Shown here: piece by piece, positions 14,149 to 23,900 of the stretch | Position numbering within the stretch: the stretch's first letter is position 1 | Layout: every line of letters starts with the position of its first letter | From: Schizochytrium sp. TIO01 | Lineage: Eukaryota; Protista; Bigyra: Labyrinthulomycetes | Assembly: GCA_004764695.1 (NCBI GenBank) | Contig: SMSO01000014.1 | Location: 3,777,648-3,841,647 of the forward strand | DNA: 64,000 bases | Reading direction: 5' to 3' | Notes under the pieces: model-generated | Seen by the model: the letters and a program-made list of their open reading frames with translations, nothing else | Database searches by the model: none | Told to the model about the DNA's origin: nothing | Program-made: the position numbers and the translations under genes

Positions 14149-17100
14149 TTAATTACGTTGTGGAAATCGAGCTCGAAGGTACAAGGTTGCGAGCACAATT
14201 GGCGCGTGTGTGCCCACTAAATCCACAGAGAGCTGCTGCGCGGTGGGTGCACCTTCGTTTGACAGCGCAAGCCGGCCTTGTGCGATTGACATCATGCCAC
14301 TGCCACGCTCTGAGCTATCTTCCTCACCAGCGTCTGCAAGACTAAGTCGAAAGACAACCTCGCGCGCGCGGCTTAATTCGCGGAGCTCATTTACACGTGG
14401 ACTCTGTAAAAACGTTAAAGTTTCGTCAATTCTTAATGTCGGAGCCTGTTCAATGCCTGACCCAGCCCGTGGTGGTAGTCTTGCTACTGGGCCAGAGCCC
14501 AAAAACTGCGCCTCCAAATGCACCTGCGTTCGAGGTCCTGGAGGCGAAGTCAGCTCGTCTGCTAAGGTTGTTTTCACCTTGAGATTTTCAAGTGTAAGCA
14601 CAACACTATTAGCTTCTTGAGCACGTCGTGGCTGTCCAAAGAACCACATCTCTGCAGAATCATCGTGCCTGGAAGAATCTCCCATGTCTTGAAACGCAGT
14701 GGCTTCCGCATCATTTAAAGCCGAGGTGGTCGAGTGTGGTGATGGTGACCTCAACATAACCTTCTGTGTCCTCTTGCTATCTTTTAATTCCTCCTCATTA
14801 TCGCTGTCAAGCCCATGACCTAGCTCATTATCATCCAAACTAGTACTGCGGCTTGCATCACTCACACTGATTGGTGATACTGCCATAATTGGGCCAGCTA
14901 CCAAGGCACTTTGCTTTTGTACGCAAAGCTCGGCAGACACCTCGTCCAGCTGATCGCGGAATTCGCCCGTACTGAAGGTCCCCAGTGGGGAGATCAAAGA
15001 GTCGGAGGATACAAGTGATGGTCGCCCCGTGCTGACAAGGCCCTCCTCATCCGACATTCCTCCAAGGATCTCAACCTCGTCTGAGGATTTCTTGTTGGTT
15101 GTCGAGCGTCGATATCCGTCGTCTAGTGAGCCGATTGAGGATGGACTTAAGTACGAGTCATCTGCATTATCTTCTTCGTCATCTGAGCTCAACATTGTCT
15201 GTACCGGTCGAGTGATGGCGTCTTCGGACGAGTACGAAATACCACTTCTTGGGCTCAAAGTTGAACGAATGGGATACCTTACAGCATCATTGATATCATC
15301 TTCTTCGTCATCTATATCTTTCTTGACAAGAAAACTATCCGTTCCACTATTAGTCAAAGGATACGTGCTTCTTGCAGTAGCCATAATGCCTTCCTCTGGT
15401 TCATTCAATTCATCAACACTAGATTGAGGTGAGTTCAGGTCCGCTGTGTGTTCTGTTTTATTGTGCTGGTGTGAAGTACTTTTCGGCTTTATCATTCCTG
15501 AAGGCCTTGGTTGAGAGAGAGTATTTTGGCTGCCGCTTGCACTCATAGTAAGCTCAAGGCTATTTTCAGCTAATGGAGAAGCGGCATCAAGGGTTGTTGT
15601 TGGACTAAGCTGTGAAGATTCCACTACAGGGGACCTATCATCAACCTCGGATCCCCCCGATTGTCTCGTGGGAGGATCAAGGGCATTTGGCTTCAAAATT
15701 TGTTGACGAGAAGCTTCTACTGCCTCAGGATACATGTCCATGAAGGCGCCCATATCCCAATCTGCTTGTGAGGCCATACCCATAGCAATCTTGGAATCTT
15801 GTGCTTCATTCTCGTGGCGATTTTGCTGGGAAGATTTGAGTGCATTTTTCAATGGTTTATGCTGATGTGCGATAAAACTATCAGTACTTTCATTTTCTCC
15901 TTCCTCGTATGATTTGTCATGACCAAAGCCTTCGCCAGATAGATCTGAGAGTTCATTATTTATTCCCCCGCTTTCTTGTAGAAACGAATGTTCTGAAATC
16001 TTACTAATTTCATTTTCATCTTTTTCATCTTCTTCATCTTCAAATACATGCTGCCCATCTCCATCGACAACTCGATCTCCCTGGTCAGATGCCAGACTTC
16101 CTTCATCCTTTGGGTTGTGCATTGAGGATTCTCCAACGCGATATGATGATGTCGTAGTGATCTCAGCGTTCCAGGCCTCCTCGTGTTCTTCATCTTCAGA
16201 AAAATTACCGTTGCTTTGATGATCATCACCCTCACTCTTGTACTCGCCAAGGTCTTTATCATGAAATTTGTTTTTAGATTCTTCGAAACCAATGTCTGAA
16301 TGCTCTGTATCAAAAGTTTGATCCTTAGCTTGAATAAGTTCCTGAGAATCTTCTGATTTTCCCTCCATACGGTCATCACGAAAAACATCGTGTTTCATTT
16401 CCTCATCATTGATAACGTTGCTCTCGTCCATTGACTGATCAAACGATAATTCACTCTGGCTGTTTAAACCTCCCCCTTTATGAAGATTTCCCTTTAACTC
16501 TATCCTGCCTTCGTCATTTTCATAGATGTCTAAAGAATCATCGCGCCAACTTTGGTTTGAAGGGGAGGCTATTGAGCACTGTTCTACTTCTGCATACGAA
16601 GTGCTACCCTTATCGTGGTGATCAATATCTAGGTTTAATAGGTCACGGTCACCAACTGTTGCTTCCCACTGGTTCACCTCTGTTCCCTCCGACACAAAGG
16701 ATGACATAAAAGAATGGTTTGAATGAAGTACGCTGTCATCGACTACATCTTGAAAAGACTGCTCCACTTGGTTTCGTGAGTTGTCAGCATCTTGAGTCTC
16801 TGAGACAACTTCACTCCGTTGGTCTGCTTGAAGCTCTTTTAAAATATCTCTTCTGATTTCATGAGATTTTAGATATGCTTCCTCGTCATCACTGGACTCC
16901 AACATCGAACTTGGGTGGTAAGAAGCTTTGGTCTGGGGATCTATGCCATGAGGCGAGCCTCTAGCATAATTGCTGGAGAATGATGCAATGCTCAAATCTG
17001 AGTCCTGATTCGAAAACAAGTCACCCCTGGAATTTTGACGGTCCTCAGACATCGTTGTTTCATGCCTTACAATATCAGCTTGCTTACCTTCATTGAAGTT

Positions 17101-18279
17101 GAGAGATCCATCCAGAGAGTCAAACAGACTTAAACTTTCACCTTCATGGCCTTCACTCATTATAGTGAATTCTTTTTGCTCAGCAAAAGAAGATTCTTCT
17201 GAGTCAAGGCTCAACCTTGAGCGATGGTGTGCGAGACCTCTTGTGCCGCGGTGAGATAAAACTGCTGTCTCGTCAACCTCATTCAGTTCTGCAAGAGCTT
17301 TCTCTCGAGCGAAGGCCTCGTCGTCAAGACTAATGCGGACCGTGTCTTCGTTGTCAGAATCTGTGTCTGAATTATGTCGAGGGAGAATTCTGTCAATGTG
17401 TTGCAGCCCCTCACTATTGATTGACAACCTTGACGTATGCAAAGGCAGTTTCGTGGGGTTTTGAATTGAGCCGCTAGCATTTGCATCTTTCTGTAAGCGA
17501 GCTAGCTCTGCCTCTGCACGAGCGAGCTTTTCACGTAATGATGAGGCCTCGGCAGCCTCCTTGCGAAAGTTTGAAAGGCGGCACTCCATTTCCTTCATCA
17601 TTCTCCAGCTTTGTCTCAACTCTTGTTCCTGCTGTTGCGACTTTTCGTTCTGGGTAATTTGTTCTTCCTCAGTTAGTGGGGAGGGTTGTGGCTTCACGCG
17701 GACTGCAACGCTTCCATCATTTTGAACGACTAGGCGATCTGCGAGATCAGGTCTCAGAACCTTGAGCGTCGTATCGTACTGAGAAATAAGATCATCTAGT
17801 TTCCCTAGCTCTCGCTTCAGTAATCTCTTTTGCTTTTTCCGCTCGGTAAAACGCTGATGCATGTCCTCTAACTCGGCGAGTCCATAATCCACATTGTCTT
17901 GGATACCCCTGGTCTTTCGAGCAAGAATATCTTGACAATGAGAAAGATACTGGGCAGAGTACTGTGCAACCTGAAAAGCTTGATAAAGCCTCCTATCTTG
18001 ACAAAGGGTGTCTGCCTCTGCGTATCCATGGTTAGAAACAAAACAGGCAATTTGAAGCAAACATCGTTAGACAGTGTTCTGTTTAAGCTTGAATCCAGTC
18101 AACTTACCCTCATTGTCGAGGGCTCCATATAAGACACTCCCGAGTGTTTTGCCCAACAACCTTTGCGCCTTTTGTGCAGTTCTTGCCTCCTCGAGTCTTC
18201 GTAAGTCAGCACCTTGCACTGCTCTCCAGTCCACGCGCCGAAAGGGCTCAACAAAAGTGAAGTCCTCCTTGGGCTCCAT
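14149..18279 (-). CDS. Dzip-like (Iguana/DZIP1 N-terminal domain) coiled-coil protein with long acidic linker and C-terminal C2-like domain; 2 exons (18279-18108, 18017-14149)
   Basis: Splicing joins ORF 18067..18336 to ORF 14149..18060 in frame: MEPKEDFTFVEPFRRVDWRAVQGADL...LDNE-E-ADTLCQDRRLYQAFQVAQYSAQYLSHCQD. The F.F..R.VDWR and FQ.AQ...QYL.HCQ motifs match the Dzip-like N domain. A coiled coil follows, then ~900 aa of S/D/E-rich low complexity, then a beta-rich C-terminal domain. Confidence 0.8.
18018..18107 (-). other. Spliceosomal intron (90 nt) in the Dzip-like gene
   Basis: Minus strand: donor G|GTAAGT at 18107, CTAAC branch motifs, acceptor ACGCAG| at 18018. Removing it deletes the in-frame stop and keeps the frame (phase 1). 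Confidence 0.85.
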
Positions 18280-18761
18280 GGTGACGATCTGAGTTCTAAA
18301 ACCCTTTAGACAACAGAAGCGTCTACAAAGTCTCAAGCTTGGACCATATGAACTAGTGGTAAACCTTGGGCTTACGTGGCTGATTTCTAATGTTTAGAGG
18401 TCCGCATGTGCTTCTAAGTAACGTTTAGCTGGTAGATAATGATTTGAGTTGTAGTACAAATGGTTTGGTACTAAGAAGAGATTTACTATTCTTTTACATA
18501 GCAAGTACCGCTAGGAGTCCTAACGTAAGGAGGGGTCGAAAAGGACCGTTGAAATGATCCATCAAGTCAGAGTGTCTTTCAGATAAGGGAACTTGACCAC
18601 AAGTGTGGCAACTATCATTGAAATACCTATGGATAACAGCCCTACCATGACACGTAGAGCGATAGACAGCATATTGCTTAACAATGAATACATACATTAC
18701 CATGAATTGGTAGCACATGTGCTAGTAATGAACCACAGCAATTCATTTTCGGTGTACAAGA
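18280..18761. promoter_or_regulatory. Probable bidirectional promoter region
   Basis: Only ~480 bp separates the divergent starts of the Dzip-like gene (-) and the K+ channel gene (+). No specific elements identified. Confidence 0.45.
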
Positions 18762-21700
18762 ATGGCATACGATGCTGAGGGCGAGCGATATGGATGTAAA
18801 ACAACACCGCAATCTATAACAAAAGTACAACGAAGTCGACCGTCGCAGGGCAGGCGCGCTTGTGCAGGGTTGTATATCAAACGACAGCTTAACTTCGAGA
18901 AGACAGCCAGCGAAAGGAATAGCAGTCTGAGAGGTTTTGCCAAAACTAGAACGACGCAGCTTAGCACATGCTCCAAGACGATGAGCATGGGTAGCCTCAT
19001 TGAGAAGGGTTTGCATGATAAAGTTTCCAAGAATGCTGAGAAAGGATATTCATCAAATCTTGTTTTAATTAGACTCTTAAATGTCCCTTTTGATGGAAAA
19101 GGACATCAAGCAAGAGCGAGGCGCCGCATTTTAGTCAACCCGCGTGTCTCTGTGTTCTACATAATAAATATTATAGCAAGTCTGATTTACTGCTGCTCAG
19201 GAATTGAAACGTATGGGGCAGCATGCCATCATCTAACAGGGAATCAAAGCGAGTGTTTCTGCGAGAGTCTTAGGGACACTGATTCGCGCATGGGCCTGAG
19301 TGATCTTTCAATTACTTTAGAAGACACCCAGAATTTGACTTGGCCATCCACATACTTCGGCAAACAAGAAAGTCTCTACCTTGTTGGAGATTACATTTAT
19401 TACGCAACTCATGATTCTGAAAGTGGGCGCACGGTGTTTGAAATCTGTCTAGACGGATATGGAGACATCAATTTTGTTTCTGCAAGAACACAAATTAAAA
19501 GTAGAGAAGGCCATTGGCCAATTGGTCCCTTCAAGAGCCGCAAAGACCTCTCATACGCTTATTTGGATGTAGACTCTGATTCACTCAAAGTTCAGAGGTG
19601 GTTTCGTTTGTGGGATCTTCTTGAAACATTTGCTGTTGACCAAAATTCCTGGACCAAAGATTCTTACGATAGAGATATAGTGTTACTCCGGCAATCTATA
19701 TCAAACCCTAGTATCCAAAACATATTTACTATACGCGGAGACGAAACGACAGTTACTCGCCAACCACGCTTCAGCAAGTATCTATTCAAAATTCTTAATG
19801 AAACAATTGATGATGCTGTTGTGTCACAGCCAGCCATAGCTGGTCGATATGTGATATACAATCAGGCGCATTCTGAGACAGGTAGAGTCTACACAATGCT
19901 TCATGACCTTGAAACAGGCTACATTCAAGCTTTAGGGGGGGAGTCACTGATGTCTCATACAAAAAATCAGTATCATGCACGAATCGTCCGCCAAGGAAAC
20001 GCCAATTCAGATATCTACTTCTCAGCATGGATTGAGGCTTCAAATGCAAGTTTGTCTCTTGACCGAGGCATTCTAATCAGCGAAGAGGATGCGGTACTAT
20101 TTTTAATGCAGCTCCCAGAATGCAGAAAACTTAAAATTTCTGCGCAAGATCTTGCCTCTGAGACTATTCAAGTAGGCTCTATATATTTATGGAATTATAT
20201 TCTGACGTCGTCGCGGATATTTTTCCATGTCTGTACAACAGAGATATATACCTCAGAGACGGTATGTCAAATAAGGACCTGTAATTTAGGCTCATGTGTT
20301 TCTTCAATGAAAATAGCTTTGACAACAAATTCTGGTCAACATGTTCGATTCCAAGATGCTTCTTCAGAATATCTTTTATACTTTCTCGGAAGCGAAATGC
20401 ATGCTATCGTTGACTCTCACAACGCTCCAATAGGAGAGGTGCCTCAACACGGATGCAAGTTTTCAAATAGCACGGTAAACTCAAACCTCGTTGCCACAAC
20501 TCTTTACCATGACATGGTACTGCTCCTCTACCAGGACGGCAAGCTTTATACTTTTGACTTGGACAAAGATAATGACGAAGTTATTGACGTGTATGACATG
20601 TTCCCTTACGACGGAACTGAGGCTTTTGACTCCGATAATGACGGCATTGGAGATTCGCATGATATTCTTAACTTTACATCCCACGCATGTGCTTCGTCTC
20701 AAGAACTTCGTGCTTGTCTTAGCGACAATGTAGTTTTGTATCTTTGCTTTTCGTTCTGCTACATTATTCTTTGCACGCTATGCCTTAGAATTGTGTTTGC
20801 CACGTGGAATTACCTTGAGCATATATCTCAAACAATTCATTATGAGGTCTTTGTAAGACATCAAGAAGAAATGATAAAAGAGACCGCAGATCGTGCCGAA
20901 GCCGCTTTGAAGCAAGAGAGCGATAGGCACAAGGCCAAAGCGAACGACCGTCTTAAACGAGTTGATACATTATCCTCTGTTGCGGCATCGTTGAGTACAA
21001 AAGGAAATGCAATGGCTGCTACACAGCAGGCAATGGCTGGCATGCAATCCGCCCGCAGTGCTACGAGCAAAGGTGAAAGTAATATGAGCCTCGAGCCCTC
21101 GCGAGATATTTTAGTAAGGTATAGGCGCTCACCAGAGATGTTTGAATTGAAAGAAGTTGCTAATGATATCCTCCGAAATCAAGAGGACGCTGAAGCTCTT
21201 ATACCTATCTATATGCAAAAGTGTGCAGGCCTAGTCAGTCTGGTCATGAGAGATTCTCATAAATGGTCCATGATAGTTTCAGATTTGATGCGTGCTTTCC
21301 TTGATGTGTTGGCTGTCATCAGTGTTGTATTATCGTTCATTCCTTTATCTTATCAATTTGCATACCGCATGGACCCTGCATCACTAAACCTTCTTGTTCG
21401 ATTCCATTGGCTTGAGTGGACCATTTCTAGTATCTTTGTAGCACGTTTTTTTCTCAGTAGGAGACAACCGCTTATTGTGTCTCAACACTCCCCTTCACGT
21501 ACTGCCCTCTGGTGCGAAATTCTTGCTCTTATCACTGTCCCACCTGGAATTAAAGAATACATGAGTGACGCCTTTATGGTGACTCAGATATTGCGATGCC
21601 TCATCATTTTTCGAGTGTATCGTGCCTACTACAGAGCCTTCATGGAGCGCCGATTAGTCAACATTCTCATCAACTCTCCGGAGTACTTTCTAACCGTACT

Positions 21701-23792
21701 TATCCTGGGTTTCATGGTTGTGTGTGCTTTTGCGGTTGCCCAATTTGAATCTGAATCTGATCCGGAAGGTTTAGCAAACTTCAAAATCTCCTTGTGGTTC
21801 TCTGCTGTGACAATTACAACCGTTGGCTACGGTGACTATGCTCCTCTAACGCAGCTGGGTCGTACCCTCAGTATTTTCATGATGATATTTGGTGTTGGTC
21901 TCGTAGGTACAATATCTGGGTCTGTTGCCAAGGCCATTCAGACTGTGGGGTCAACAGAGGAGAAAGTAAAGCAACTAAAGGCTGACAATCGAATGCGATT
22001 TGAGCAATATAAAGACGTCTTTGATATCAGCTCGCTAACATACAACCCGGTCCTCATGTCGATTGCGCCTATATTCATACGCGGAGATTTACTCACGCGA
22101 GCCTTATCCGCAATGCACAAAGGTTCACCCGACCTCCCACGCTCACTCACGTCAATTGCGATGCGAATGAGCTCTACAAGTTCTGGGTCGGCGGTACATA
22201 GACCCCTATCCTCTTCAGGGTCTTCTGCTACGGCAAGTTCTACATTTTCGAGCAGATTTATGAACGGCACACAAGCTCCAAAACCAAAGCGAGCATTTTT
22301 CCCAATCAACCTGGGTGTTGCAGAGCTTGTCGCTGTGAATCCGCAGTGGAAGGATGAGACGTCATTGGCAGAAGCTGCTAGCCGAGTTCCTCCGAGGCGT
22401 CGTGCTACAGCGATGGATAAATTCATGGTCCACCTTGCTGATCGCAGCGGTTCGTGTCCACCAAAGGTTCGAGTTCTTCTTCTTCTACAGTCTTTTCAGC
22501 TTGATTCTCATCCAAAGGTACTCAACTTTGCAGAGTTTGCAAATTCTCTTTGTAAAATCATATTTGAACCACTTCGTCAGAACGATTCTGTTCTCGAGAG
22601 AAGCTTTGCTCTTGCAAGTGATGTAAAGCAACTACAGAAAGGCGCAAAATCTTCTCAACAGGCATTGCCAAACCTTGATAGATATAGTATTCGTGATCCA
22701 CTAGACCAGAAACTCGAAAAGATGGAGGAATTGCTATCAAGTCCTCAATATGGCCTGCTAAAAAGAGTAGACTTTGCTCTTCTCTTAAGCGAACTTACCC
22801 TAATAGTTCTGGAATATGAACGCCTGGAAATGTCTCAATGGGCTTTTCGAAATTTACGCCCCAAAGAGGGCGTTACTTTTCCTAGCCCAGAGCACATTTC
22901 GAAGGAGCTTTACAATGATGTGCAGCAATACATCTCCACCCTTGCAGACGAAGATCGACAAATGACACCTAATGAGTTTGTGGATCATCTTGAAGCTGAA
23001 GCAGGAGTACAAAAGCCTGGTGAACCTCAGAACAAACTTGCTATGCGAATTCGCCGAGCCCTTGAAAAGGTCAAGTCCGACAAAGATCTTCTCAATGGAG
23101 CAAGAGAATCTCAAACTAGGGACTCACAAACTGAAGGAGGTCAGCGTACCTCGAACTCAGGTGGAAATGTTCCGCAGTACAGACCCCCACAATCACGTCG
23201 TAGATCTGTACTCACGCGAATTCTTAACGTTAACCCTAACTCCCGAGAAGCGTCTGCTGCAGTTGCACCAGTACCCGAGGGTATCCAGATCAATGCTCTC
23301 AACACTCCAGATAACGCAATGTCTCCATTGCGACATATTGCAATGAATGCGCGCGCACGCATTGTCAGAAGATCGATTTTGGACGCGTCTGGAAATATGA
23401 GCTCCATGGTTGCAAACCTCGCCCTGAAACCAACTAACATTGCAGAGAATACAAGTGACATACTCAAAGAAGGTCAAAGGCCTAGTGTAAATCAACTTAA
23501 AGTTCTTCCGAGAGAGAAAGTGGAGCGAGAGATCGAAGAAAGTTCTCTGACAGAGTCTGAGGAAGAAGATGCAACCAATAGCACTCAGCACAGTCTTGAC
23601 ATCGCAATAGAAAGTAATAGTGCTTCTGACCTCTGTCTAGAGACGTTTCGGCAAGGGGGTGACCAGGAGTCCCATGGTGAAGATCAAAACAATGGCGATG
23701 CTAGCAGTGACGAAGGCCGCGTTGCCAATATTAATGTGGCTGCGGTACCGTTTACTACAAGTAATAAAGAGTCTGATGATTATGATAAATGA
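18762..23792 (+). CDS. Voltage-gated (6TM) potassium channel with large N-terminal extracellular domain and TSP3-like repeats
   Basis: 1676-aa ORF. Pore signature SLWFSAVTITTVGYGDYAPLTQLGR (TTVGYGD at 21816-21836). S4-like ILRCLIIFRVYRAYYR; S1-S3, S5 and S6 hydrophobic segments present. Two extra TM segments (~19146-19196, ~20730-20810) flank a ~500-aa domain ending in DLDKDNDEVIDVYDMFPYDGTEAFDSDNDGIGDSHD. The true start may be a later Met (18981/18987). Confidence 0.9.
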   Translation: MAYDAEGERYGCKTTPQSITKVQRSRPSQGRRACAGLYIKRQLNFEKTASERNSSLRGFAKTRTTQLSTCSKTMSMGSLIEKGLHDKVSKNAEKGYSSNLVLIRLLNVPFDGKGHQARARRRILVNPRVSVFYIINIIASLIYCCSGIETYGAACHHLTGNQSECFCESLRDTDSRMGLSDLSITLEDTQNLTWPSTYFGKQESLYLVGDYIYYATHDSESGRTVFEICLDGYGDINFVSARTQIKSREGHWPIGPFKSRKDLSYAYLDVDSDSLKVQRWFRLWDLLETFAVDQNSWTKDSYDRDIVLLRQSISNPSIQNIFTIRGDETTVTRQPRFSKYLFKILNETIDDAVVSQPAIAGRYVIYNQAHSETGRVYTMLHDLETGYIQALGGESLMSHTKNQYHARIVRQGNANSDIYFSAWIEASNASLSLDRGILISEEDAVLFLMQLPECRKLKISAQDLASETIQVGSIYLWNYILTSSRIFFHVCTTEIYTSETVCQIRTCNLGSCVSSMKIALTTNSGQHVRFQDASSEYLLYFLGSEMHAIVDSHNAPIGEVPQHGCKFSNSTVNSNLVATTLYHDMVLLLYQDGKLYTFDLDKDNDEVIDVYDMFPYDGTEAFDSDNDGIGDSHDILNFTSHACASSQELRACLSDNVVLYLCFSFCYIILCTLCLRIVFATWNYLEHISQTIHYEVFVRHQEEMIKETADRAEAALKQESDRHKAKANDRLKRVDTLSSVAASLSTKGNAMAATQQAMAGMQSARSATSKGESNMSLEPSRDILVRYRRSPEMFELKEVANDILRNQEDAEALIPIYMQKCAGLVSLVMRDSHKWSMIVSDLMRAFLDVLAVISVVLSFIPLSYQFAYRMDPASLNLLVRFHWLEWTISSIFVARFFLSRRQPLIVSQHSPSRTALWCEILALITVPPGIKEYMSDAFMVTQILRCLIIFRVYRAYYRAFMERRLVNILINSPEYFLTVLILGFMVVCAFAVAQFESESDPEGLANFKISLWFSAVTITTVGYGDYAPLTQLGRTLSIFMMIFGVGLVGTISGSVAKAIQTVGSTEEKVKQLKADNRMRFEQYKDVFDISSLTYNPVLMSIAPIFIRGDLLTRALSAMHKGSPDLPRSLTSIAMRMSSTSSGSAVHRPLSSSGSSATASSTFSSRFMNGTQAPKPKRAFFPINLGVAELVAVNPQWKDETSLAEAASRVPPRRRATAMDKFMVHLADRSGSCPPKVRVLLLLQSFQLDSHPKVLNFAEFANSLCKIIFEPLRQNDSVLERSFALASDVKQLQKGAKSSQQALPNLDRYSIRDPLDQKLEKMEELLSSPQYGLLKRVDFALLLSELTLIVLEYERLEMSQWAFRNLRPKEGVTFPSPEHISKELYNDVQQYISTLADEDRQMTPNEFVDHLEAEAGVQKPGEPQNKLAMRIRRALEKVKSDKDLLNGARESQTRDSQTEGGQRTSNSGGNVPQYRPPQSRRRSVLTRILNVNPNSREASAAVAPVPEGIQINALNTPDNAMSPLRHIAMNARARIVRRSILDASGNMSSMVANLALKPTNIAENTSDILKEGQRPSVNQLKVLPREKVEREIEESSLTESEEEDATNSTQHSLDIAIESNSASDLCLETFRQGGDQESHGEDQNNGDASSDEGRVANINVAAVPFTTSNKESDDYDK

Positions 23793-23900
23793 ATAACTTG
23801 TATTTATTACAGCCATGTTTCGTGACATAATTTTGGGGGATGTAGTTTGAGTCGCAACTTCACCTAAAATTCAGAAAAACAAATTTATAGACTTGATAGA

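Noticed and set aside
18067-18336. 89-aa ORF as an independent gene
   Set aside because: It is exon 1 of the Dzip-like gene running into its intron.
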